Notes under the pieces: model-generated
What the model was told of the DNA's origin: nothing
Databases searched by the model: none
What the model saw: the letters and a program-made list of their open reading frames with translations, nothing else
Assembly: GCA_017536445.1 (NCBI GenBank)
Contig: JAFXHJ010000002.1
Coordinates: 49,467-113,466 of the forward strand
From: Clostridia bacterium
GTDB lineage: Bacteria; Bacillota; Clostridia; TANB77; CAG-465
DNA length: 64,000 nucleotides
Reading direction: 5' to 3'
Translations under genes and position numbers: made by a program
Shown here: positions 27,058 to 37,941 of the stretch, piece after piece
How positions within the stretch are numbered: the stretch's first letter is position 1
Layout of the letters: each line of letters begins with the position of its first letter

Positions 27058-27981
27058 TTAAATTTTTTTATTAATGAAATAAATTGCCGTTTTGCCGTTT
27101 GCTGTTGCGTTGGACACCTGCTTAGGAAGAAGCTGGTTAATGTCGCCGATAGCATATACATTAGGAATGCTAGATTCCATAGTAAGCGGGTCGACTACAA
27201 TTCTACCAAGAGAGTCGGTAGCAATCTCAAGAACATTAAGATACTTAAGATTAGGCTTCATTCCAATAGAACAAAACAGATAATCGCAAGGGATAGTGAG
27301 CGATTTATTACCAACAACCATATCAACAGACGTAAGCTTATCGTCTCCGTTAATGCGGTATACAGTAGCGCTTGTGATAGCCTTAACGCGAGTTTTAGCA
27401 AGTCTTTCAAGATACTTGCGCGTTGCGTTAAGAGTAGAATCGCGTTCTATCAAAGTAACATTTGCGCTTGTGTTGTTCGCAAGGAAAATTGCGGTGGTTG
27501 CTCCGGAATTTCTTCCGCCCAAAACTACAACATTCTTGCCTTCGTAATCCAAATCTTCCTTACATACGAAGTTAAAGATATACTTGCCAAAGAACTTGTC
27601 GTAGTTTTCAATGTAGAGCTTTTTAGGAGTAGTTCCAGATGCAATCACAAGAAATCTTGCAATATACATAGAACCATCATCACAAGAGATAACAAAGTTA
27701 TCTTCATGCTTCTTAACAGCTTCTACCTTTTTTGGGGTAATACTAATTCCTTTGGAATCAAGATGCTTTTTGAAGCTTTCAACAAGCTCCGTGCCAGTGG
27801 TGTTATATGCACCCAGATAACCGTCGACGGTATAGTGCTGGTTAATAGAATACTCAGCATACCATCCGGACTTGTTGTTCTCAAAGAGAACGAAGTTTAA
27901 CCGGTTGTTTTCTGCATCAACAGCAGCTGCCATACCAGCAGGACCGGCGCCAATGATTGCTACATCAATGAAGTTTGTCAT
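27058..27981 (-). CDS. FAD/NAD(P)-binding oxidoreductase (thioredoxin-reductase-like fold, no CxxC)
   Basis: FAD GxGxxG 'VAIIGAGPAGMAAA'. Second dinucleotide motif 'VVVLGGRNSGATTAIFLA'. C-terminal 'AIGDI' FAD motif. Confidence 0.75.
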   Translation of the reverse strand: MTNFIDVAIIGAGPAGMAAAVDAENNRLNFVLFENNKSGWYAEYSINQHYTVDGYLGAYNTTGTELVESFKKHLDSKGISITPKKVEAVKKHEDNFVISCDDGSMYIARFLVIASGTTPKKLYIENYDKFFGKYIFNFVCKEDLDYEGKNVVVLGGRNSGATTAIFLANNTSANVTLIERDSTLNATRKYLERLAKTRVKAITSATVYRINGDDKLTSVDMVVGNKSLTIPCDYLFCSIGMKPNLKYLNVLEIATDSLGRIVVDPLTMESSIPNVYAIGDINQLLPKQVSNATANGKTAIYFINKKI

Positions 27982-27982
27982 A

Positions 27983-28687
27983 TCACTTACCTCCTATAAG
28001 GATAAACGGGTCTGAAGTGATTGTAAGATGACTTTGATCTTCCTCAAGATAGCGGATGATTCTTTCTTCATCTTCTTTGGAGTAATCCATAATATACGGA
28101 TAACTCTTAACAACATTCAGAACGCTCTTAACGTCAGGGAAGGTTCTTGTAATAGGGAGATGGAGAATTTCGATGCTTGTAAAACCAGCATCTTTAAGAA
28201 GCTTGGCGTAGAAATCTACTTTTCTTGAACGAATGAGTCGTCCGGGAAAAAGTTTAGAAATCTCAACCAGCCCCTTGTACTCGCCATACTCTCTAAGGAA
28301 GAACTTGCCTGTGGGTGTGAGTACTCTGTAGAGTTCTTCTGCAGAGAAACGTGTAACATTTTTGGCTGTAACCAAATCAAAAAAGCCGTCTGCGAAAGGT
28401 ATATTGTAGTTATCGGCTAAGCGAATGTCTATGCCTGCTAAACCTTTACTTGCATTTACCATTTCTTTAGAATTGTCTATTCCGTACAACCGTACGGGAA
28501 ATAAGGAGTTTGCTTTAATTAACTTGAGTACAAAACCGTTGCCAGTGCCAATGTCTAAAATTTTGCTATTTACTGTAATGTTTTTAACAATATGCTCCAA
28601 AAAAACATCGTTAACATTTAACGAGTTTTTAGAAGCGTTATCGTTTACATCGTCACGTAAATGCACAACATGTTCGGTATAAAACAT
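27983..28687 (-). CDS. class I SAM-dependent methyltransferase
   Basis: Motif I 'ILDIGTGNGF'. Confidence 0.7.
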   Translation of the reverse strand: MFYTEHVVHLRDDVNDNASKNSLNVNDVFLEHIVKNITVNSKILDIGTGNGFVLKLIKANSLFPVRLYGIDNSKEMVNASKGLAGIDIRLADNYNIPFADGFFDLVTAKNVTRFSAEELYRVLTPTGKFFLREYGEYKGLVEISKLFPGRLIRSRKVDFYAKLLKDAGFTSIEILHLPITRTFPDVKSVLNVVKSYPYIMDYSKEDEERIIRYLEEDQSHLTITSDPFILIGGK

Positions 28688-28852
28688 AACTGTAGCCTCC
28701 TCTCATATTAATAATCGGAAACATTATATCACTTTTAACACTTTATGTCAACTTTAATAACAGCTAATACATATAAATAATAAGCGTTAAAACGTTTGTT
28801 GCTATGATTAATTTTTTATGGTATAAATATAATCATAAAGAGGGGAAAAATT

Positions 28853-29452
28853 ATGAAAAAGAAAATAATATTTAGCATAGTGTTAACGCTTGTGCTTTTA
28901 ATAAATATGTGTAGCGTGTTTGCTACTGCTATGTACGCGGTGCCAGAAGATTCAAGAGCAACAGCTCCTAAGTATAATGTAACAAAAGGCGCTAACGGAA
29001 GCTTTACAGGTAAAGAAACATTAACATTTTTAACAGATGGCGATGGCGTAGATTACAAAAGCATATATGTAGATCTTATTGAATTAGAATTAGGTGAAGA
29101 CTATGTAATGGGTGGAGACAATGGACTGTTTAAGATAAAACCAGAGTTTCTAAAAACATTAAAAGATGGTAAACATGAACTTATAATAATCTATGTAGAT
29201 GGATACGCATTAACAACATTTACTACTAAAGGCGGAGATGGTACAGCTAAACCAACTGTTCAAGATGCGCCAAGTGTTGAGCCACAAAAAGATACAATAA
29301 CATTAGGTCCAATTAATCCAGCTACAATAGGGCCAACACAAGAACAAGCTACAGGAAAGAAAAGTGCAAATGTAATATTATTACCAATAGTTATTGTTGT
29401 GTTAATAATAGTAGTACTTTGCATTAAGAAAAAGGGAAATAATAAAAAGTAA
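28853..29452 (+). CDS. secreted surface protein with C-terminal membrane anchor
   Basis: Signal peptide (MKKKIIFSIVLTLVLLINMCSVFA), Pro/Thr-rich linker, C-terminal TM followed by KKKGNNKK. Confidence 0.55.
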   Translation: MKKKIIFSIVLTLVLLINMCSVFATAMYAVPEDSRATAPKYNVTKGANGSFTGKETLTFLTDGDGVDYKSIYVDLIELELGEDYVMGGDNGLFKIKPEFLKTLKDGKHELIIIYVDGYALTTFTTKGGDGTAKPTVQDAPSVEPQKDTITLGPINPATIGPTQEQATGKKSANVILLPIVIVVLIIVVLCIKKKGNNKK

Positions 29453-29476
29453 ATATAGAGGGGAATAAAGGTATAT

Positions 29477-30349
29477 ATGTTTAAATTTGAACTAGATGTT
29501 CTTTTGTTTTTACAAAACATAAGAACAGATATATTAAATGTGCTATTGCAGGGAATAACAATGCTAGGTGAAGAAGTAGTTATGGTTTTAGTTATAGCAA
29601 TACTATATTTCTGTATAGATAAGAAATTTGCACAAAAGTTATTTTTTGTAACAGTTTCATCAGCAGGCATAAATGGAATAATTAAAAATTTAGTGAGATT
29701 TCCAAGACCGTTTGCAACAGGTAAAATACTTTGTGTAAGAGAAGATACAGCAACTGGGTATTCATTTACAAGTGGTCATACACAAACATTTGCTAGTATG
29801 AGTACAACGATTGCTAAAAAGTTAAAAAAGCCATTAGTTACATTTCTAGTGGGTATCTTAATAGTTTTAGTAGCATTTTCTAGAATGTATCTTGGAGCTC
29901 ATTATCCAAGTGATGTGGTAGTAGGTGCAGTGTTAGGTGTAGTGCTAGCTTTAATAGGGACAAGCCTTTTTGATAAAGTTGAGAACAAAAAAGTGTTATA
30001 CTTAGCGACAATAATATTATTAACACCATTTGCTATAATGTTTTTAATAAATCCAGATGAACATTTTGAAGATTTTTATAAAATATTTGGAATGTTAATA
30101 GGTTTTCTATTTGCAGTTATGTTTGAAGAAAAATATGCACCTCTAGAATATAACATCTCTTGGTGGAAAAAGGTGTTAAGAGTAGTTACAGGTATAGTAG
30201 CAGCATTATTAATTAAAGAGGGTATAAAGGTATTTAATGTTTTTGATTCACTTAGAATGAACCTTGTATTTGATGCTTTGCGTTATGGAGTAATAGTATT
30301 TGTGACATTAGGTATATGCCCATGGATATTTAAGAAAATAAAAATATAG
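29477..30349 (+). CDS. PAP2 family phosphatase (undecaprenyl-diphosphatase-like), integral membrane
   Basis: PAP2 motifs: RFPRP (KxxxxxxRP), TSGHT (PSGH), SRMYLGAHYPSDV (SRxxxxxHxxxD). Multiple TM helices. Confidence 0.8.
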   Translation: MFKFELDVLLFLQNIRTDILNVLLQGITMLGEEVVMVLVIAILYFCIDKKFAQKLFFVTVSSAGINGIIKNLVRFPRPFATGKILCVREDTATGYSFTSGHTQTFASMSTTIAKKLKKPLVTFLVGILIVLVAFSRMYLGAHYPSDVVVGAVLGVVLALIGTSLFDKVENKKVLYLATIILLTPFAIMFLINPDEHFEDFYKIFGMLIGFLFAVMFEEKYAPLEYNISWWKKVLRVVTGIVAALLIKEGIKVFNVFDSLRMNLVFDALRYGVIVFVTLGICPWIFKKIKI

Positions 30350-30371
30350 AATTAATATAGGAGAAGATTAT

Positions 30372-31580
30372 ATGAAAAGAAATATAAGATTAATAATTTC
30401 ACTAATATTCTTAGCGCTAGCACTAGGCATAGTATATATGTATAGTTCTTTATTTAAAGATCTAGCAGAACCGCTAACAAGTACGGGCTTTATTTGGTAT
30501 TTTGTTATCGCCTTTGGAATATTCATACTTTCGTACTTAATACCTGTTATAGTATCTGCAAGAAATAGCAATATACAAAACAAGAAAATATCTACTGAAA
30601 ACTTAAATGAAGATACAAAGTTTGAAATGATATATACAGAAATACGAGATAAATATTCAGAAGATTTAGCAAAAATTAGAAAAGGATTAAGACCAGTAAC
30701 AATTATTGCTACTGCACTTGGTGTGGTAGTGGCTGGAATATTTATTTGGATGAAAGTAGCAGAAACAAATTTAGAAAAACATTTAGAGTTTATAATAGAA
30801 AATGAAACCCTACTTAAAGTTGGACCGGTAGTTGCGGTTTTATTATTCTTCGTTGTCTTCTTTTTCTATTCAAATAAGAAATATGATTATGATAAAAAAT
30901 ACAAAACAGGAGTTGTAACAGATATTGTAAATAAAGCAAATAATGGTCTTACATATAGCATGAAAACCTATGAAGTAGGAAACAAAGTATTAGAATCATA
31001 TAAACAAGCAGCATTTGATAAACATTATTTTAATAGGAACTCTACAGAAGATTATATATCTGGAATGCTAACAGACAAACTATCTGTATCAATATCAGAA
31101 TTAGACTTAGACCATAAAATAGGAAGCGGGAAAAATAGTCATACGGTAGATGTATTTGAAGGCTTGGTAGCGCATGCCTCTGGCATAGATGAGTTTAAGG
31201 GTACTATAAAAATATTAAATAATAATAACAAAATGAAAAACAAAAATACTGAAGGTTTAACTGAGGTAAAAATGGATAGTACAGAGTTCGAAAACTTATT
31301 TAATGTTTATTCAGATAATGCAGTTTTAACAATGAGAGTATTAACTAGTGACATTATGGAAAAAATGGTTGAGTTCGAAAGAAGATTGGGTGTGCATTTT
31401 GAAACATTTGTATCAGGAAAGAATATAGTAATGCGTTTCTTTACAATGGAACTATTTGAACCAGCAATATTTAATGAATCAAAGGAAAAAGACAGAGTAA
31501 GAGCATATTATGAAATAATAAATCTAATAACAGATATATCTAAAGAATTAGATAAAACTATATCTGAAGTTGAAGTTTAG
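30372..31580 (+). CDS. 2-TM membrane protein, paralogue A of a three-member family (RFFT...MFEP C-terminal domain)
   Basis: Two N-terminal TM helices. C-terminal segment 'VLTMRVLTSDIMEKMVEFERRLGVHFETFVSGKNIVMRFFTMELFEP' is shared with 35307..36491 and 36517..37884. Confidence 0.6.
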   Translation: MKRNIRLIISLIFLALALGIVYMYSSLFKDLAEPLTSTGFIWYFVIAFGIFILSYLIPVIVSARNSNIQNKKISTENLNEDTKFEMIYTEIRDKYSEDLAKIRKGLRPVTIIATALGVVVAGIFIWMKVAETNLEKHLEFIIENETLLKVGPVVAVLLFFVVFFFYSNKKYDYDKKYKTGVVTDIVNKANNGLTYSMKTYEVGNKVLESYKQAAFDKHYFNRNSTEDYISGMLTDKLSVSISELDLDHKIGSGKNSHTVDVFEGLVAHASGIDEFKGTIKILNNNNKMKNKNTEGLTEVKMDSTEFENLFNVYSDNAVLTMRVLTSDIMEKMVEFERRLGVHFETFVSGKNIVMRFFTMELFEPAIFNESKEKDRVRAYYEIINLITDISKELDKTISEVEV

Positions 31581-31644
31581 ATGAAAATAAAACCAAATAA
31601 ATAAAACAGCTGATGAATATTTAATTCATCAGCTGCTTTATGTG

Positions 31645-32064
31645 TTACAGATATTTTACTACAGAAGTAGGATAGATAATCTCTTTACCAGACTTAAGAT
31701 CTTCAAGGTCTACCCAACGGATAGGGTAAGATTTATCTCCTTCTTCGTAGTAAACTTCCTTGTAATCCTTTTCATCAAGGGTTACTCTGTAAAGGAAGAT
31801 AAGTTCGTGGCCTTGTTTACCATCGAATGTGAAGATATTTTCATCCACCCCAAGGAACTCGCCAACTGTTACGTTTGCTCCGATTTCTTCCATGAATTCT
31901 CTCTTAAGAGTTTCGTTACTCTTTTCCAAGAACTCGATGCCGCCTCCGATAGCACGAAAGAAATGAATTCCTTTTACCTTGTCAAAGCCTTCGCTTGCCA
32001 AAACCTTGCCGTCACGCACTACTATTCCAAGTGCAATTGGTCTAATGCCTTTAAATTTATCCAT
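31645..32064 (-). CDS. NUDIX hydrolase
   Basis: Nudix box GGGIEFLEKSNETLKREFMEEIG. Confidence 0.75.
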   Translation of the reverse strand: MDKFKGIRPIALGIVVRDGKVLASEGFDKVKGIHFFRAIGGGIEFLEKSNETLKREFMEEIGANVTVGEFLGVDENIFTFDGKQGHELIFLYRVTLDEKDYKEVYYEEGDKSYPIRWVDLEDLKSGKEIIYPTSVVKYL

Positions 32065-32253
32065 AAGACACCTCCGTTAAACTTAATGCACATATTATAA
32101 CATAGGCGACATAAAAAAGCAAATTTGGACAGGTCGTTTTTTAGTGTGAATTTTTCTTTAAGAAATTACACAAACTATTTGCAAAAATACTCTTTAATGA
32201 TATAATGAAAAATGTAATATAATGAATATAATAACGAAAGGAAGAGGTATATA

Positions 32254-34488
32254 ATGAACTTTGAAGAATGGAAAAAATTTAAGCCAGGTAAATGGCAAGA
32301 AGAAATTGATGTAAGAAACTTTATTCAACTAAACTACACACCTTATGAAGGAACAGATGAATTCCTTAAAGGACCAACAAGTAGTACGTTAAAATTATGG
32401 GATAAAGTATTAGAATTATACAAAAAAGAAAAAGAAAATGGTGGAGTGTTAGATGTAGATGTTAAAACAATCTCTACAATAACAGCACACAATGCAGGAT
32501 ACATAGATAAAAGATTAGAAAAAATAGTAGGATTGCAAACAGACAAGCCATTAAAAAGAGCAATAATGCCTTTTGGTGGAGTAAGAATAGTAGAAAAATC
32601 TTGCGAAGCTTACGATAGACAAATGGATCCTAAAGTATCTGAAATATTCCACACAATAAGAAGAACGCATAATGATGGAGTATTTAGTGTATACACACCA
32701 GATATACGTGCGGCTAGAAGCTCACACTTAATCACTGGTCTTCCAGATGGTTATGGTCGTGGAAGAATCATAGGAGACTATAGAAGAGTAGCTCTTTATG
32801 GTATAGATGCATTAATTGCAGAAAAGAAGAAATCTTTAGAAGCATTAGATAGAAGAGAGTTTACAGAAGAAATAATAAGATCTCGTGAAGAAACTTATGA
32901 CCAAATACTAGCTTTAGGCGAACTAAAAGAAATGGCGGCTAAATATGATTTAGACATATCTAAACCAGCTGCAAATGCAAGAGAAGCTGTTCAATGGACA
33001 TACTTTGGATATCTAGCAGCAATAAAAGACCAAAATGGTGCTGCTATGAGTATAGGTAGAATAAGCACATTCTTAGATGTATATATCGAAAGAGATTTGC
33101 AAGAAGGATTAATTACAGAAGAAGAAGCGCAAGAATTAATTGATCATTTGGTTATGAAATTAAGACTTGTTAGATTCTTAAGAACACCAGAATACAATGA
33201 ACTATTTAGTGGTGACCCTGTATGGGTAACTGAAAGTATTGGTGGTATGGGAATAGATGGTAGAACACTTGTAACTAAAAACTCATTTAGAATGTTACAT
33301 ACATTATCTAACCTAGGACCAGCACCAGAACCAAACTTAACAGTATTATGGTCAAATAATTTACCAAGAGGATTTAAAGAATATACAACTAAGATGTCTA
33401 TAAGAACATCATCAATCCAATATGAAAACGATGATCTTATGAGAGGATTCTGGGGAGATGACTACGGAATAGCATGTTGTGTATCTGCAATGAGAATTGG
33501 TAAACAAATGCAATTCTTTGGAGCTAGATGTAACCTTGCTAAAACACTACTTTATGCAATAAATGGTGGACGTGATGAAATATCTGGTAAGCAAGTAGCA
33601 CCAAAATTTGAAGGTGTAACAACAGATTATTTATACTATGATGATGTACTTGCAAAATTCGATAACATGATGGATTATGTTGCAATGGTTTATGTTAAAG
33701 CATTAAATGCAATCCATTATATGCATGATAAATACTCATACGAAAAAATTGAGATGGCGTTACACGATGACGAAATCTTAAGAACAATGGCTACTGGTAT
33801 TGCAGGACTTTCTGTTGTAGCAGACTCATTATCTGCAATTAAGTATGCTAAGGTTAAAGCTATTAGAAACGATCAAGGTTTAGTAACAAGCTACGAAATT
33901 GAAGGAGATTTCCCTAAATACGGAAACGATGACGATAGAGTAGATTCAATAGCTGTAGATGTATTAAAACGCTTTATGAACAAAGTAAGAAAGCAAAGAA
34001 CATACAGAAATTCTAAACCAACAATGTCTGTTCTTACAATAACATCAAATGTTGTTTATGGTAAAAATACTGGAGATACTCCAGACGGAAGAAAAGCAGG
34101 AGAACCATTCGGACCAGGTGCAAACCCAATGCATGGTAGAGATACAAATGGAGCACTTGCAGTTATGAACTCTATTGCAAAACTTCCATACGAACATTCA
34201 GAAGATGGTATTTCATATACATTCTCAATAACACCAAGTACACTTGGAGATAATGAGACAACTCAAGTTTCAAACTTAATATCTATGCTTGATGGATATT
34301 TTGCAAGAACTGGACATCATATAAATGTTAACGTATTTAATAGAGAACTTCTAATAGATGCAATGAATCATCCTGAAAAATATCCACAACTAACAATAAG
34401 AGTTTCTGGATATGCAGTTAACTTTGTTAAATTAACCAAAGAACAACAAATGGATGTAATAAACAGAACAATACATGAAAAAATATAA
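32254..34488 (+). CDS. pflB: formate C-acetyltransferase (pyruvate formate-lyase)
   Basis: 744 aa. Glycyl-radical signature 'RVSGYAVNF' near the C-terminus. Catalytic Cys-Cys ([12 protein letters not shown]). Confidence 0.95.
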   Translation: MNFEEWKKFKPGKWQEEIDVRNFIQLNYTPYEGTDEFLKGPTSSTLKLWDKVLELYKKEKENGGVLDVDVKTISTITAHNAGYIDKRLEKIVGLQTDKPLKRAIMPFGGVRIVEKSCEAYDRQMDPKVSEIFHTIRRTHNDGVFSVYTPDIRAARSSHLITGLPDGYGRGRIIGDYRRVALYGIDALIAEKKKSLEALDRREFTEEIIRSREETYDQILALGELKEMAAKYDLDISKPAANAREAVQWTYFGYLAAIKDQNGAAMSIGRISTFLDVYIERDLQEGLITEEEAQELIDHLVMKLRLVRFLRTPEYNELFSGDPVWVTESIGGMGIDGRTLVTKNSFRMLHTLSNLGPAPEPNLTVLWSNNLPRGFKEYTTKMSIRTSSIQYENDDLMRGFWGDDYGIACCVSAMRIGKQMQFFGARCNLAKTLLYAINGGRDEISGKQVAPKFEGVTTDYLYYDDVLAKFDNMMDYVAMVYVKALNAIHYMHDKYSYEKIEMALHDDEILRTMATGIAGLSVVADSLSAIKYAKVKAIRNDQGLVTSYEIEGDFPKYGNDDDRVDSIAVDVLKRFMNKVRKQRTYRNSKPTMSVLTITSNVVYGKNTGDTPDGRKAGEPFGPGANPMHGRDTNGALAVMNSIAKLPYEHSEDGISYTFSITPSTLGDNETTQVSNLISMLDGYFARTGHHINVNVFNRELLIDAMNHPEKYPQLTIRVSGYAVNFVKLTKEQQMDVINRTIHEKI

Positions 34489-34496
34489 GGAGTAAT

Positions 34497-35213
34497 ATGG
34501 AAAAAGTAACAGGGAGAATACATTCCTTTGAAAGCTTTAGTACAGTAGACGGCCCTGGGGTAAGATATGTTATCTTTCTCCAAGGCTGTCCTTTAAGGTG
34601 TAAGTATTGTCACAATAGAGATACTAGAGACGTACATCTTGGAGAAGTGTACGATACGGAAGCTATTGTAGAAAAGATACTTAATTACAGAGAATATATG
34701 GGTGAAGATGGTGGAGTTACTGTAAGTGGTGGCGAACCACTTCTTCAAATAGACTTTGTAATAGACCTATTTAAGAGACTAAAAGCTGAAGGAATACACA
34801 CAGCAATAGACACATCTGGATTTGTAGATGTAGACAAATTAAAAGATTTATTAGATTATACAGATTTGGTAATCTTAGACTTAAAAGAAATGGATAATGA
34901 TACACATAAGGACCTTATTGGTGCAGATAATGCGAAAATATTAAAGTTTGCAGAGCACATATCAAATGAAGGTGTACCAATGTGGATTAGACATGTGCTT
35001 GTACCTACAATAACGGATAAAGAGGAACACCTAATTAAACTTAAAGAATTTGTTTCTACACTTAAAACAGTAGAAAAAGTAGAAGTATTAGGTTACCATA
35101 CTTTAGGGAGTGAAAAGTGGGAAATGATAGGAGATAAGTTCATGCTAGAAGGTATTGCTGAAGCGAGCGCAGATGATGTTAAAAGAGCAGAACAAATACT
35201 TGGAATAGAATAA
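34497..35213 (+). CDS. pflA: pyruvate formate-lyase activating enzyme (radical SAM)
   Basis: CPLRCKYCHN (CxxxCxxC). Directly downstream of pflB. Confidence 0.93.
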   Translation: MEKVTGRIHSFESFSTVDGPGVRYVIFLQGCPLRCKYCHNRDTRDVHLGEVYDTEAIVEKILNYREYMGEDGGVTVSGGEPLLQIDFVIDLFKRLKAEGIHTAIDTSGFVDVDKLKDLLDYTDLVILDLKEMDNDTHKDLIGADNAKILKFAEHISNEGVPMWIRHVLVPTITDKEEHLIKLKEFVSTLKTVEKVEVLGYHTLGSEKWEMIGDKFMLEGIAEASADDVKRAEQILGIE

Positions 35214-35306
35214 AGAATGGAAATAAAAAATCCATTCTTTTTCTTTTACCTTGGGTACTGTACAATTTTTTTGTTATGTGATATGATTTTTTAGAGGTGT
35301 AAAAGG

Positions 35307-36491
35307 ATGCATCGTAAGACCGAAAAGAAACTAGGACAAAAATTTGTACTATCTTTAGCTATAGCGGCAGTGATTGCTGAACTAATAAATATAAATAGAA
35401 ATATAATAGGGGAAATGCCTATAATTAATATATTAAGCGAATTAAGTATATTATGTTTTGGAATATATATTTGGTATAAGTTAGTTATAGAAAAAGATAG
35501 AAAAAAATATAAACATAAGGTAGAATCTATACAAAACAGAATAAAGTTAATAGATTTTGATAACATATATAATAAATTAAGAAAAGAACACAGGGAATAT
35601 CTAGAGAAAAAAAGAATAAGCATAAGAAATAGACTGCTAGTAAGATATGTAGGAATAGCTCTTATTTCAACAAGCATAGTTTTTGGAGTGTTTGACCTTA
35701 TTACAAATGGATTGGGTAATGGAAAAGGTTGCTTGGCAATCGGCGTACTTGGTGTTATAGCTTTCCTAGGTTCGTTAATAGATGAACAAGAAAAAGAAAT
35801 GGAATATAGGGTGGCATATAAAATAAGAATAATTTCTAATTTATTAAAAACAATTAACTCAAAATTAACGTATAGAATAGCGAATGATGATGATGAATTG
35901 TTGCTATCCGAATATGAATATGCAAATTTTGGACTTATGCCATATACAACTTTAGAGTATATAGATAGAATAGAAGGTAATATAGACGGCAATAGACTAG
36001 ACATTTTAGAAATGAGATTGGAAGAAGATGTAACAGACGAGAATGGAAAGGGGTTTAATTTTGAAGTCTTTAATGGAATGCTTGCTAAGGTTCAAACGGC
36101 AAGAGAAGGAACGTTTAAATTAAAAGTTTCTTCTGTTGGAATACATACTAGAGCAGGAATATACGAGCAGGGATGTAGAAAAATTAAACTAGATAATTCG
36201 GTTTTTATGGAAAACTTTGTAGTGCAAACAAATGAAAAGATACTTGCAACGAGAATATTAACAAGTGATGTAATGGCGATGTTGTTAGATTACAAAGTAA
36301 AATATGGAATAGATTTGGATATAGCAATAAAGGATGGGAATATATACTTCTTATTTTATACAGGAGATATGTTTGAACCAGACGCACTTAGAGACTCTAT
36401 GAATAAAGAAGAACTATTAATAGATTATTCAACGTTAAAAATGGTAATAGAATTAATGCAAAAAATAGGTGCGATTATAACAGAGTTGTAG
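35307..36491 (+). CDS. 2-TM membrane protein, paralogue B (RILTSDVM...FLFYTGDMFEP)
   Basis: Same architecture and C-terminal motif set as 30372..31580. Confidence 0.6.
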   Translation: MHRKTEKKLGQKFVLSLAIAAVIAELININRNIIGEMPIINILSELSILCFGIYIWYKLVIEKDRKKYKHKVESIQNRIKLIDFDNIYNKLRKEHREYLEKKRISIRNRLLVRYVGIALISTSIVFGVFDLITNGLGNGKGCLAIGVLGVIAFLGSLIDEQEKEMEYRVAYKIRIISNLLKTINSKLTYRIANDDDELLLSEYEYANFGLMPYTTLEYIDRIEGNIDGNRLDILEMRLEEDVTDENGKGFNFEVFNGMLAKVQTAREGTFKLKVSSVGIHTRAGIYEQGCRKIKLDNSVFMENFVVQTNEKILATRILTSDVMAMLLDYKVKYGIDLDIAIKDGNIYFLFYTGDMFEPDALRDSMNKEELLIDYSTLKMVIELMQKIGAIITEL

Positions 36492-36516
36492 ATGATATTT
36501 TATATAGGAGGAACAT

Positions 36517-37884
36517 ATGATAATAGTAATAGCTGGAATAGTAATACCAATATTGTTATTAGTAGCAATGTTGATTGCTACATTAATGGTATCGCCAGAA
36601 ATAATAGCTGCAAATATTGGACAGATATATCAAGCTTTAATTGCAATAACTATTATTCCAATAGTTGTAATATTAAGCAAAGCTACTAAAGGATATGTAT
36701 TTACAAAAAATACTAAATTAAGAAACGCGAGAGAAGAGTTTGAAAAAATATACGAAGAATTACTAAAAATACAAAACGAAGATTTGCATAAAATGAAAAC
36801 TATAGCAAATGTTTTTGCAATGGTAGATATTGCGCTAGCATGTATTATGGTTTTAGGAATAGCTTTCGCTAAAATGTCTGCAATAGCAATAACTGAAAGA
36901 ATTGATGGAATAGTAAAAACGATAGCAATATTATCACCGTTTTTATTAGTAGGAATGATATTTCTTGGAGTTAAACATAGAAGAAGATATAAGAAGATAT
37001 ATAAAGAACAAATAATTAACAAATTTGTAAAATTGGTTGATGAGAATTTAAGATATAGCATGTATGGCAGAGTTGGAGATGATATGAAAAATAAGTATCT
37101 AGTCTCTGATTTTGAAAAGAAAGCATTCAATAGATTTTCATCAGAAGATTATGTTGATGGGAAAATTGATGGTAAGATATATGCAGAAATAGCAGAGCTT
37201 GATGTGGATTATGCATTTAAAAAGAAAAAACGTAAATTTAGAGAAGACTTGTTTAAAGGAATGTTTGCGGTAATTAGATCCGAAAAAGATATTGGCGCTT
37301 GGGTTAAAGTAACGAAGAATAAATTTAAAATATTTCTCTCAAAAAACAAATTGGAGACAGATGATATAGCTTTTGAAAAGATATTTGATATATATACGGA
37401 CAACAGATCGGTTGCTAATCAAATAATTCAAGGGGATATGAGAGAAATTCTGATGAGATTCCATAAAGATTATGAACTTAAATTCGAAGTGATGTTTAAG
37501 GAAAATATAATATTTATGAGATTTTTTACACCATCTATGTTTGAGCCAAAAGTATTTGGTAATTCAATAGATAAAAAATTGTTATTTACATATTATAATA
37601 TAATAAAATTTATAAGTGAAGTAACAAACAAAATAGAAGAAACAACAAAAACATCTAGAGATGAAGAAAGTAAAAAAGAAAAAGTAAAAGTTAGTAAGGT
37701 AGTTGATTCTAAAACAAATAAACCAAATGAAGTAAAAAAAGAAATTGTTACAGAGTTAAAGCAAGAAGAAAAAAGTGAAATAATAGTTGAAAAAATAGAA
37801 CCAATAAACGTACTTCCAGATCAAATATATGAAGAAATAAATATTATAAAAGAGAAAAAGAAAATAAGTAAAAAGCAAATATAA
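36517..37884 (+). CDS. membrane protein, paralogue C with Lys/Glu-rich C-terminal tail
   Basis: 'IIQGDMREILMRFHKDYELKFEVMFKENIIFMRFFTPSMFEP' matches the motif of paralogues A and B. Extra KE-rich 90-aa tail. Confidence 0.6.
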   Translation: MIIVIAGIVIPILLLVAMLIATLMVSPEIIAANIGQIYQALIAITIIPIVVILSKATKGYVFTKNTKLRNAREEFEKIYEELLKIQNEDLHKMKTIANVFAMVDIALACIMVLGIAFAKMSAIAITERIDGIVKTIAILSPFLLVGMIFLGVKHRRRYKKIYKEQIINKFVKLVDENLRYSMYGRVGDDMKNKYLVSDFEKKAFNRFSSEDYVDGKIDGKIYAEIAELDVDYAFKKKKRKFREDLFKGMFAVIRSEKDIGAWVKVTKNKFKIFLSKNKLETDDIAFEKIFDIYTDNRSVANQIIQGDMREILMRFHKDYELKFEVMFKENIIFMRFFTPSMFEPKVFGNSIDKKLLFTYYNIIKFISEVTNKIEETTKTSRDEESKKEKVKVSKVVDSKTNKPNEVKKEIVTELKQEEKSEIIVEKIEPINVLPDQIYEEINIIKEKKKISKKQI

Positions 37885-37941
37885 TAAAAGAAAACCAGTT
37901 GTTTTTTAAACAACTGGTTTTATATTTTAAAAACAAAATGA

